A stretch of 64,000 nt of DNA from the human T2T-CHM13v2.0 reference genome, Homo sapiens, in the NCBI RefSeq assembly GCF_009914755.1, contig NC_060926.1; one strand, given 5' to 3'. This document shows positions 1-11,038 of this stretch, in pieces; position 1 is the first letter of the stretch, and each line of letters opens with the position of its first letter. A program made the translations under genes and the position numbers. Below the pieces are notes generated by a model. That model saw nothing but the letters and a program-made list of their open reading frames with translations. It ran no database searches and was not told where the DNA came from.

Positions 1-1080
1 CATAGGCATGGGCAAAGACTTCATGACTAAAACACCAAAAGCAATGGCAACAAAAGCTAAAATTGACAAATGGGATCTAATTAAACTAAGGAGCTTCTGC
101 ACAGCAAAAGAAACTGTCATCAGAGTTTACAGGCAACCTACAGGATGGGAGAAAATTTTTGTAATCTATCCATCTGACAAAGGACTAATATCCAGAATCT
201 ACAAGGAACTTCAACAAATGTACGAGAAAAAAACAAACAACCCCATCGAAAAGTGGCCAAAGGATATGAACAGACACTTCTCAAAAGGAGACATTTATGC
301 AGCCAAAAAACATATGAAAAAAAGCTCATTATCGTTGCTCATTAGAGAAATGCAAATCAAAACCACAGTGAGATACTTTCTCACGCCAGTTAGAATGGTG
401 ATCATTAAAAAGCCAGGAAACAATAGATGCTGGAGAGGTTGTGGAGAAATAGAAATGCTTTTACGCTGTTGGTGGGAGTGTAATTTAGTTTAACCGTTGT
501 GGAAGACAGTGTGGCAATTCCTCAAGGATCTAGAACCAGAAATATCATTTGACCCAGCAATCTCATTACTGGGCATATACACAAAGGATTATAAATCATT
601 TCTACTATAAAGAGACATGCACAAGTATGTTCATTGCAGCACTGTTCACAATAGCAAAGACTTGGAACCAGCCCAAATGGCCATCCATGATAGACTGGAT
701 AAAGAAAATGTGGCACATATACAGTATGGAATACTATGCAGCCTTAAAAAAGGATGAGTTCATGTCCTCTGCAGGGACATGGATGAAGCTGGAAACCATC
801 ATTCTCAGCAAACTAACATAGGAACAGAAAACCAAACACCACATGTTCTCATTCATAAGTGGGAGTTGAACAATGAGAATACATGGACACAGGGAGGGGA
901 ACATCACACATCAGCGCCTGTTGGGAGGTAGGGGGCCAGGAGAGGGATAGCATTAGGAGAAATACCTAATGTAGATGATGGATTGATGGGTGCAGAACAC
1001 CATAATGGCATGTGTATACCTATGTAACAAACCTGCAGGTTCTGCACATGTATTCCAAACTTAAAGTATAATGAAAAAAG
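1..1080 (+). mobile_element. LINE-1 3' end (L1PA7/8-like): ORF2 C-terminus, 3'UTR and short A tail; runs off the window start
   Basis: ORFs 8..493 and 549..821 translate to the L1 ORF2p C-terminus ([16 protein letters not shown]..., CWRGCGE...CWWEC). Typical L1PA 3'UTR ends in ttaaagtataat plus A-rich tail. Confidence 0.95.
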
Positions 1081-1094
1081 AGAGACCTAGAGAA

Positions 1095-1272
1095 TATATA
1101 TGTTACTTAATTGCTATATCTATATTTATCTGCATACATTTCATATCTATATCTATATGTCTTTATATATCTATACCTATCTATATATCTATTTATTTAC
1201 TTATTTTGTCTTTTCTTCCCTCCTTCTTTCTTTTCATCTATTTATCTATATAGATAGAGAGATATTTATAAT
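1095..1272. repeat. Low-complexity (TA/TATC)-rich tract
   Basis: Degenerate tatatc/tatcta repeats seen directly. Confidence 0.8.
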
Positions 1273-2262
1273 AAGAAGTATGACTATTGAGTTTATTAAC
1301 TGAACAGCATTTTCATTCCTGCAGGCAGACCTACATGAATGCCAATTATTATCAGAAAGACTGTTGTTGGAATATAAAGTAGTAGTGCCACTGAGTCATG
1401 AGGACATGATTTATTTCTCTTCCCAGTAAAGGTAGAGTTTCTGCAAAGACTGGACAATTAGTTGTAGTCCAGGGCACGTTCTCTCTCCCCTGAGCTTTAG
1501 GCGTAGAGTCATTATATGCCTTCTTGACTTTCTTTTCAATGATTTTCTAAAAACCTTTCTTCTGATTGAAGCAGCTTCTCTTTAGATATCTGTCATACAT
1601 ATTACTATGCTAAAAAAGTGTGCTTGACTTAAACATATGGCTTGCATGTTTTAAAGAAGGGGATTCTCTTCCCAAGGAGCTTAAAATATTTTAAAATCTC
1701 TAATTGCATATCACATTTTAGATGTGATCTTTGCGGTTATATTTCAAGCATCTCATACACTTCCTTACTTTGTTATTTCCCTTCACAATAGAATATAGAA
1801 TTGACAGGCTTAGACTGAATGATCATCCATCTGAGTCAAATTCATTTTCACTTTCAGCTCTCCTATTGAGTCCCACCTTTGCTTTAGGTATATCAAGGTT
1901 ATGAAACCTGTATTTTATTATTAAAACCAGCCCTCATTTTCTGGTTTTCTTTTTACTCATTTTAATAAAAGCGAAATGTATAACAGTGGTAAAGTATTTT
2001 TTTTATGATCAGAATGTTCTATTATTCAAATGACATGTAAAAGTGTTTGAAGTGTAGTCACAACCAGGAGACCCACTAGCCTGCACTCTCCTCTTTTCCA
2101 GTCAAAAAGCAAAGAAATTCCTAAGACATATTTGTAGTGCCGTAGTGTGAGGTTTAAAAAACACTGCAAAGATAGATGCTAGATACAGACATTTAGATAC
2201 ATAGATGAAATAGGTAAATGCCTGATCTGTAGTGTATTAATTGCAGTATGTTAGTGAAGCAG

Positions 2263-2867
2263 TGTATCAGTTTCCTTTTTCTGCTGGAACAAATTACCAC
2301 AAATTTAGTGACTTAAGCAAGACAAATGTGTTATCTTACAATGCTGTAGGCCAGGCTAGAAGTCCAACCTGGATCTCAGTGGGCTGGTGTCAAGGTGGCA
2401 GCAGGGTTCCATTCTTTTCTGGAGACTCTAGGGTTTTGATTTCCTTTCCTTGGTTATTTGGGTTCTCGGCACAGTTCAATTTCTTGTGGTTGAAATTCCC
2501 ATTTTCTTGCTGGCCGTCAGCCAAGATCTGTTCCCAGCTTCTTAAATTCCTTGACTGATGGTCCCCTTCCTCCATCTTCAAAGCCTTCCCTGGCAGCCCT
2601 GTCTCCCTCATGCTTTGAATTTCTCCTCCTTCTTTCTTTTTCATCCTTCTAACCTAGCAAGAATAGGTTCTCCACTTTTAAAAATGCATGTTATATGATT
2701 AAATCAACCAGATAATCCAAGATAATCTCCCCACCCCAGAATCTGTATTCATGCTCACATATTAAAGTAAAGTTTTCCGTGTAAGACAACATGTTTACAG
2801 GTTTCAGGGATTAGAACGTGGACATCTTAGGGATGGGGGAGAGGTTGTAATTATTCTCTTTACCACA
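2263..2867 (-). mobile_element. MaLR solo LTR, MLT1 family
   Basis: Starts tgtatcagttt...aacaaattaccacaaatttagtgacttaa and ends gggattagaacgtggacatctt...taccaca, the reverse-complement MLT1 termini. Confidence 0.8.
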
Positions 2868-5639
2868 TGTAGTGTTTGTGTAGTCATTTGCATTTGCTTC
2901 TAATGTGAAGGCCTTGACCAACAGGCCATGTTGGATTTAAATAGCTCCTTTAATCAGTTTGCATCCTAGATATTATTTTGACCATTGAGGAGGCTTTGCC
3001 TACCACAGTTTGATTAATTATACACTGTTGTTTTTTCTCTGGTGAATTCCTAGAGGAGAATCTTGTGTTTTGATTTCTAATATTTTAATTGAATTTAAGT
3101 AAGAAAAACTCACAATTGCCCACATGCAATCAGCATAATAGAGGGGGTTGTATTTTAGACCATGGGTCATCAGATTAATCAGACTATTACTAGTCCTGCC
3201 AGCCATTTAGCCATTAAAACAAGTACACATACACAAAACAAGGATAGTTACTGAAGTGACAGAATTGGCCCAAAGCTAGACTGACCAAAGTTTTGAATAA
3301 ACTGAAGAACCAAACTTTGACATGCTTATCTGAATGTAATTGGAAATTCAGATCTCTATACAGTCACTTATCCTTAAGTTCTAAGTCATCGCATTTCATC
3401 TGTTATTTATAATCTCATTTGTATTTCAGAAAAAAATTCAATACTTCATTACATCTCTTAATTTATATTTTACCTTTAAGATTTGGTTACTCTTTGAGCC
3501 AAGAGCACAACAATTATTCATGTGCACAGGAGTTAAGAACTGCCACCAAAGGTGGCACTCATATAACGGAGACAGAGTTGTTGGTCCAACGTTGGTGTCT
3601 GAACGGTAATTTGAATAATGAAGAAAATGACATTACTCCTGAGAATTCCAGGACAGAATCTTCCCATGGCTTCATGGCTTTGGGCCAGCCATTTCCCAGG
3701 CATAGTGAGTAACAGAGGAAGGGAAGGATATTAATAGCCCTCCTTGGGTTGCTTTTGTTAGCTTTAGTTACTAGAAGCTGACATGACTGCTACCCAAGGC
3801 AGAACTTCTATAAAAAAATCCAGCAGTGGAACACTATACATGCCTACTGTGCTAATAAGAGAGAGAAAAACTAGAAGTTTCTTTTCTCTCTCACTTGGGA
3901 TACTAAAGGGCAATAGAGCAGCTATCAGCAAAAAGTCCAGAGGCGCAAATCTAGCAACAAAGAGAGAACTCAAAAGTTGCATTTCACAAATGGTAAACAC
4001 ATGATATGTTTTCTCTGCATTCCCTAGGGGTCAGGCTATTTCTCAAATGCCAATTCCCATCACAATTGGCGCCTTTGGCACTTCTGAAATACAGGGTGTT
4101 TGGCATTCAGCTGGGGAATTTCTGTGTTGAGGAACCAAGGACTGAAAGAAGGCAAGTGTCCAGGTCAGCTGCTGCCAATCACCATCTCCGCTCCACAGGG
4201 GTTCACTCAAAGGAGAATACAGCTCAGGTTTCCCTTTAGGGAAGTTTCTCTCTCATTGCCAGAGTTAGTCCAAGTAGGTTTTCTACTGCCCTCTAAAATC
4301 CTGACAAGCAATATGGAAGGAAAAGAGTAGCACATTTCTGAAAATAAAAAATGTGCACAAATAATGACATTATATAAGGTAAAGTCACATAACTTATTAA
4401 ATACAAAGCAATGAATAACACTGCATGGGTTAGAAAATACCGTAGTTCAAAGATATTCTTTGCCAGGATTTTAATGAGTCTAAAAAATACAACACATTAA
4501 TGAATGCATTGTTACATTCAAATACTTTGATTCATTTCCAAATAAAAAGAGGGGAAAACAACCTCCCATTCCCAAAAGGTCAAATTCAGGGCATATTAAA
4601 ACACCTCTTTCAGGTTCATTTCATAACAAATGCATTTTAGAAATGACTAAATCAAAGTGTCATAACCCAAAGAGAAAAAATAACAAGCTCACCGGTAAAC
4701 TTATCATTGCTGGAAGAACAGTGGGCTATGAGAATGATCTTTGAAACTAAAAATCTCTTTAAAGCATTATAGAATTTGCTATCAGCACAAATTGAGAGTA
4801 AAGAAATAATTACCAAAATCCAACCAGCTATAAATTTCCATCCACTGGGCAAAAATCCACATCAGAATGTGAGAAAGCACAAGAATTTGCTTCTTAAATG
4901 TTACGTTGTGCCAGAGGAATTATAAACAGCAGGCACCATCAACAATTAGATTAACAGTTTTTTTCTTTAAGAAATGGGACTGAACTCTAGCTACAACACC
5001 ATTGAGACAGGCACCTGGAGGTGAGCGTAGAAATACCAACCAACTTCACAAGCAGCTGGAAAGTCTCAAAGTTCTGTGTCCTTTGTATTTTCCAAAACAG
5101 GATTGCTTACTTTCATGCATAGCTGTAGGAAATAAGACTCATTTTTAATTGTGCAAACTTAAACCAATTTGTTTGTGAAACACTAAACTATCCCATATTG
5201 AAACTGGTTTGGAAGACCTTCATATGTAAGGATAATCTATTTGGCTTGCAAAATTCACATGAAACTGCATAGAAATTCTGTATACTTTCATTGCTTCCAC
5301 AATTTTCTCTCCTCCCCATTATAGGCTAAGAGGGCATATTTATGTCCTGGCAGTAAATAATTGCAGGATAATATGTGTTAGCATTGCCTTACAAATAAAT
5401 ATTCCCTTGAAGAACCAAACAGAGTAGAAAGGACAGGCATAATGCATTACACTTATGTAGCTTCATTGCATCATTTTATTTAAGGCCCAAGCTGATCCGC
5501 TTAGCGTGGTTATAATTTCTTTTGGTCTACACAGTGTACATTGAGTTAATGAGGTCAAGTCAACCTCTATATGGTACCCTAAGTTCATGCCATCTCTTAA
5601 TAAAACATATCTTCTGGTGACGAGATGAGAAAAGGGGAA

Positions 5640-5940
5640 TAAATTTATGTGGATCAGACTGAAATCTGGGAACATTTTAGATTTTCCCTTTTCCTCATGC
5701 CCCATATTAAATTTGATCATTGAAAATATCTCCCACGTTGGTTCTCGCCACTGCATCTCCTTCAGCTCCAGCTTTAATTCAAGCTATCATCATTTCTTAT
5801 CTGGTTTGTGGAGTAATCAAACAGATCCCTCTGCCTCCCATCTGTCATCGTAATCATTCTATTCTACGCTGATACCACAGATATATCTAAAGCACATATT
5901 TAACATATTTTCTCTCTTATTTAAACCCTTTGGTTGCTTG
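5640..5940 (+). mobile_element. L2 LINE fragment (5' piece of a split copy)
   Basis: caagctatcatcatttcttatctgg...ctgcctcccatc...ttaaaccctttggttgctt resembles the L2 3' region. Confidence 0.65.
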
Positions 5941-6465
5941 GCTAATTCTTTGCATGTGCACATAGACAGCATTCCCATTAGTGGCATTTAACACCCCTGG
6001 GCAAGTAACAACAGGAGTCAAGTAACATATCCTAAGCTCCTGCGACTTGGAACTATCATGAGAAAAAAATTGAACATGGCTCATGGCAGGAGTCCAGACC
6101 TATGCAGACGTGTCTGACGGATTGGAAGATCTTATAGAAACCTGATTTCAGGAAGTAACAACTTTGGTTCTGAGAAGAAAATCTCCAAAAAAATAAAAAA
6201 AAAGAAAGAAAACAAATTAATCAAAGTGGAGTATACCCAACAGCCATGTTTGCTAACAACTATAAGCTAGTTTTAAGGTGTTCAATTTTTTTCATCCAGA
6301 GATGAAAAAAGATAGGATCAAAAGTCACAGATGCTCACCCTGGAAACATGTTTAAGTCACCTTTGGCCATTTTTGAAAATTCCTAAAAAGACATAAGGAA
6401 AGTGATGAGGTTCTAGTATAGGTTTTTGTCACAGCAACCTGACTGATCTTCCATCAGTTAGCATT

Positions 6466-6975
6466 TGTATTAGTTAGGATGCTTTGGCTGAAAGTGGTAA
6501 AAGGCTCAACTCAATATAACTTAAACAGAAAAGGTATCTGCTATCTCATAACAGGAGTCCAGATATAGGTTGGTTCCAATGTTGTTAATTCAGGGGCTCA
6601 ACATCATCATCAAGAACATAGACACTGTGCACCTTTCTCCTCATCCAACGTCGGAATGTCACTTTGACCCTTTGACTTGCTCCTCATATGGGTAAAGTAG
6701 TTGCAGATAAGTAGTTGCACCTTATCATCTAAAAGTAGATAAGGTGCTTCTTTAAGATCAGAGACACTTTTCTCATTTATACACCCACATTCTTCACATC
6801 TGACTGGGTAAGCTATGTTTTAGGCTCACCCTAAACTAGTTACTAGCAATGGGAATTAGAATACCTGAGTAGTCTTAGACAAATTTCTACTTGTCCTGAA
6901 TGAAACTGGGGTCTTGTTAGCCAGGACAATGTGGCAGAAATTATAGTTTTATTGGCATATATAATGTTGTCAATA
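6466..6975 (-). mobile_element. Old MaLR LTR (MLT1J/K/L-like)
   Basis: Begins tgtattagttaggatgctttggctgaaagt...aactcaatataacttaaac; contains ctcaacatcatcatcaagaac. Confidence 0.7.
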
Positions 6976-7006
6976 GCTAGCAGTCACAAACCACTATGAT
7001 CTAGGT

Positions 7007-7132
7007 CAGTGCTTTGCAAAGCTTAGATTCTGATTCAGTGGATCTCAGGTAGGGCCCACGATTCTGCATTCGAATACTCTTATAAGTGATGTTGCTGCCA
7101 GTCCATGGACCACACTGTAAATACCACGCATT
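7007..7132. mobile_element. MER5A-like hAT-Charlie DNA transposon fragment
   Basis: agattctgattcagtggatctcaggtagggccc...attctgcatt...ggaccacact motif. Confidence 0.75.
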
Positions 7133-7159
7133 TAGGTGACATTCATATAACTTTTTGTT

Positions 7160-7605
7160 TCACTGGCTTTAATAGCCTTCAGAACAAAATCCATGTTCCT
7201 TAGCATGAATGTCATACACAATTCTTCATTACACCTAATCTTGTAACAATTATTATTGCTCTTGATAACTTTAGTGCAATGTGCTCCAATATGGCCATGT
7301 TATATTCAAAGTGCTGTGAGTTTAATGCCCTATGGCTTTTTGCTCTCACATTTATCATTTCTTCTTCATACAATAGAATTTCTCATCCTTTTATTTCTAT
7401 TTCCTTCCTTCTGGCTAAATCAGTTACTTTGGGAAGACTTACCTAATCCCAACTCTTCATACCTTATCATATGTTAGGTACCTCTTTTGGGTCCAATAAC
7501 CCTATAATTGTAAATCACACTGTAATGTAATTATTTCTTTACATTTCTGTCTCCTCCATTAAATCGTGGATTTTTCAATGGTAAGGTTATTCTAAATATC
7601 TCATG
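7160..7605 (+). mobile_element. L2 LINE 3' fragment (probable continuation of 5640-5940)
   Basis: gccttcagaacaaaatccatgttccttagcatg...ctttgggaagactt...atcacactgtaatgtaattattt...tgtctcctccatta. Confidence 0.6.
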
Positions 7606-8084
7606 GTTAATAAAATATCTGATAAAGGGTAAATCCTAAGTAAAACCATATTTTACAGAGTAATGCTCCTAATATCCCAAATCTTTTATACATGTCTATC
7701 TGTCTACAGAGAATGTGGTCACCACCTAATTAACATGAAAACTGGAGTTCCATTACCACATTATATACAATTACATGACATTATTTACTTTACACTTACT
7801 TTTACTCTACCTTGTTTTTCTCTTTTAATTTTTCTCTCAGCAGTACCAAGATTATACTAAATTTTTCATAAATATTTTTATAAAAATAAATAAATCCTGA
7901 TTGTAAAGGAGCCCAGGTTCTACTAAGAGAACTAAGACATGCATATTATACAAATCTAACAAATGATTGAAAATGAGAAGTTCCATAAAGACAGATATAT
8001 AAAGCAGCATGAGAGTTCAGAAGAAGAAAATAGTCCAGATAGGTTATCAATGAAGTTGTAGCAGACACTATTATTCACTCGTTT

Positions 8085-8274
8085 GTTGTTGACAGGATGT
8101 GAACAGACTTTTGGTCAATCTAATCTTGGAAGTAACATCCCACCATTTTCACCATATTCTGTTTGTTAGAAGAGAGACTCCAGGTCTAGCTCACATTCAA
8201 AGGAAGGGGATTATTCAAGGACATAAGCATAGGAGGCAGAGATCAATGGGGGCCACCTAGGACTCTACCGCACA
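8085..8274 (-). mobile_element. MLT1-family LTR fragment
   Basis: ggaagtaacatcccaccatt...ccatattctgtttgttagaag...ctcacattcaaaggaagggga...ggggccacct. Confidence 0.6.
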
Positions 8275-8299
8275 TTTACCTCCTGAGACTCATTAAAAT

Positions 8300-8890
8300 G
8301 ACAAAACAATAGCAAGCCAAAATAGAAGCACAGACTCTCCTTCTAGTAATTCAAATGTAGGTTTCTCAGAAGACAATCTGGAAGGAAAGACCAGGATTTA
8401 AAAGAAATGGTAAGCAAGAAAACTGGTGAATATGAACACATCGTAATAAGAATTGGCATTATAAAATAATAATATAAAATAATAATAATAGTTTGATGAC
8501 TAATATGGAGAGTAATAAAACAGCAGACAAAATTACAAAAAGGAAAAAAAGAGTAAGACATCAATAACATATAAAAGAAGAGAGGCAACTGAAATTGAAT
8601 CATTCTCAGGCTTTGTATTGTTTTAGAGTGTCCCAAGTCCAAGTATGCATATTGTGCTATAAGGGTAACCATTAAAAAGGAGACATAGGCTATGCTAATT
8701 TCAGAACATAGAATGACTGTATGGGTGTGTGTTCAAGGGAAAGAAAGTAGAAACATAAAGAAAATCAATAAAACCAAAAGAACACAGGAGACATGGGTAT
8801 TGAGGGGCATGGAAAAAGCAAGATTAAATAAAAATCACAGAATGTTAGAAAAGGAATTGTTTAAATACAAGGAAAGCACAAAGTGGAAGA
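8300..8890 (+). mobile_element. Old L1M fragment
   Basis: A-rich, L1M-like text (gaaattgaatcattctcaggctttgtattg; aagggtaaccattaaaa). Confidence 0.45.
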
Positions 8891-8909
8891 CCTATTAATT
8901 AAGCAAAAT

Positions 8910-9155
8910 CCAAAGATGATAGCAATTGATTAGATATGCGGGGCGGGGAAAGAGAAAAATTAAAGATTTGTATTTTTCACTAGAATAATTAGAAAGTTGA
9001 CTGTGACATAATCAGTATTAGGGAATATGGGACAGGTTACTATTTAGTTAGAAAGCACGACAAGTTCAATTTTGAACAATTTGGAATTGAACAGCACTTC
9101 CAGAATTTCTAAGTAGCGTGGCCTTCTGCTTGGCAATCAGGATAGATGGATCTGG
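8910..9155 (-). mobile_element. L2 LINE fragment
   Basis: attgattagatatg...aagttcaattttgaacaa...ggatagatggatctgg resembles antisense L2. Confidence 0.55.
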
Positions 9156-9369
9156 TACATCTTTGTTTTTATAGCATTTTACATAAGATTGAGAAAATAT
9201 CACTTGTCCATATCCAAGGAGATTAATGTGTGTTGTGTGTGTGATTATGCATGCAGTGGGAATGAGAATGGATCTATACTTCTTTCAGGCAGCCTTTTGT
9301 TACTACTGGTTGAGTCTAAGTTGCCTATGACACATATAATGGAGCTATTCATTCAGGAAGAGTATGGAG

Positions 9370-9600
9370 GAATGGATGCATAGAATAATGGTACCGTCTC
9401 TTGTCAGACAGACCATGGGTTAAAACAGTTTTCCTGTTTACTAGCTGTATTATGTGGGCCAAGTTACCTAATGCTTCTAACCTTAGTTTCTTTGTCAGCA
9501 TAATGACTATAAGAGCATCACTGTTATACAAATTCATTCAATTAAATAAGATAATGAATATAAATTGCATAAAACAGTGCCTGAAACACAGTGTATGATT
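9370..9600 (+). mobile_element. MIR SINE
   Basis: gtcagacagacc...tactagctgt...gggccaagttacctaa...ccttagtttc...taaaacagtgcctgaaaca core. Confidence 0.8.
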
Positions 9601-10837
9601 AAGAAAACAGCTTTATTTACAAGTCAAATTCTGTTACCTTTAATGGCAATGAGAAAAATTCCAGTAAATAATATACATTCTATTCAAAATTTAGCATAAA
9701 ATGAAATCACATCTTGATTTTAATTGTGTTTTTTTTTTTTTTAAATCTACTAAAAGACTAACATGCCACAATGTTTCTGCTGAAGAATCTCATCACTTGG
9801 GTCATATTTGTTAACATTTCTGAGACTGTTATTGTTGAGTCATAGAATTCCTTGACATAAATACCAGATTTCTGCTCAGAGTTAAGAAGCACATTTTCCT
9901 ATTCTGTAGTAAGAGATGAGTTTGCCATGAAATCAGGACTGCAATAATTTACTCTAAATTCTTAGACAATTAATTTGAATACATCATATAGAATACATGA
10001 AATTTGTTTATTTCTACCTTTACATAAGAGTGCCAACAACTGGAAAAACTTCAATTTATATGTGGACACATAGTCTCTGGATAAAAATATAGAAAGAACA
10101 TAGCCTGAGATAAAATCATGAAATTTAAGAAAAGGAACCTAATTAAATGAGAATAAAAAGAAAAGAAGGAGTCACTTCAAGACAGTGTACAGTATTGTAC
10201 CAGTAAGAATACTAGATAGACTCTGACATTCAATTTCTATGAGGCCATGGATAAATCACTTACTAACATTGAGCCCCATTTTACTTCTTTTTTAAAAATG
10301 TTTTGAAATAATTTCAAACAAGTAATTTCTTAAAACAAGGACATGTTTTTTTAAAACAAATACATATTAATAATTTCTTAAAACAAAAACATATTTATAC
10401 TATGATCATGCAAGACAATCTTACATAATCATAGTATAATTATAGAATTCAGGGTATTTCTCATCTCAGATATTTTAGACTCCATCTCAGTCATTTCTCT
10501 AGAAGTTTGATTTGAGTCATTTCTATATCTTTCAGGTCTCTAAGTGTTTAAACATACAGAATATGGTTATAATGATTCTTTTAATGAACATTGCTGCTAA
10601 TTCTAACATCTCTGTCAGTTCTGGATCATTCTTTAAAAATAACTTTTTATTTGAAAGAAGTAAAGACTCGCAAAGAATTGCAATAACAGTACTGAGACTT
10701 CCCATGTAGCCTTCCCTTGACTTTCCCCAGTGATAATATCTTACATAACCATATGCAATGTCAAAATAAGGAAGGTACTAAGTTACTAACTCAGTTACAG
10801 GCCTTTATTGGGATTTCTCATGTTTTGCATGTACTCT

Positions 10838-10880
10838 GTGTGTGTGTTTTTGAGTGTGTGTGTGTGTGTGTGTGTGTGTG
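10838..10880. repeat. (TG)n microsatellite, interrupted
   Basis: Seen directly. Confidence 0.95.
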
Positions 10881-10987
10881 CATGCGCACGCATGTAACTG
10901 AGTAGAAAGTATGGCTCTATGAAATTTTGTCACATGTATAGATTTGAGCAACCAATACCTCAGTTAGGATACAGAACCATTCCATCA

Positions 10988-10988
<1 letters not shown>

Positions 10989-11033
<45 letters not shown>
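10989..11033. repeat. (CA)n microsatellite, about 22 units
   Basis: Seen directly. Confidence 0.97.

Positions 11034-11038
<5 letters not shown>

Noticed and set aside
1385-1840. AP-1 (TGAGTCA) sites as an enhancer
   Set aside because: A 7-mer is expected several times by chance in 64 kb, and there is no supporting cluster.
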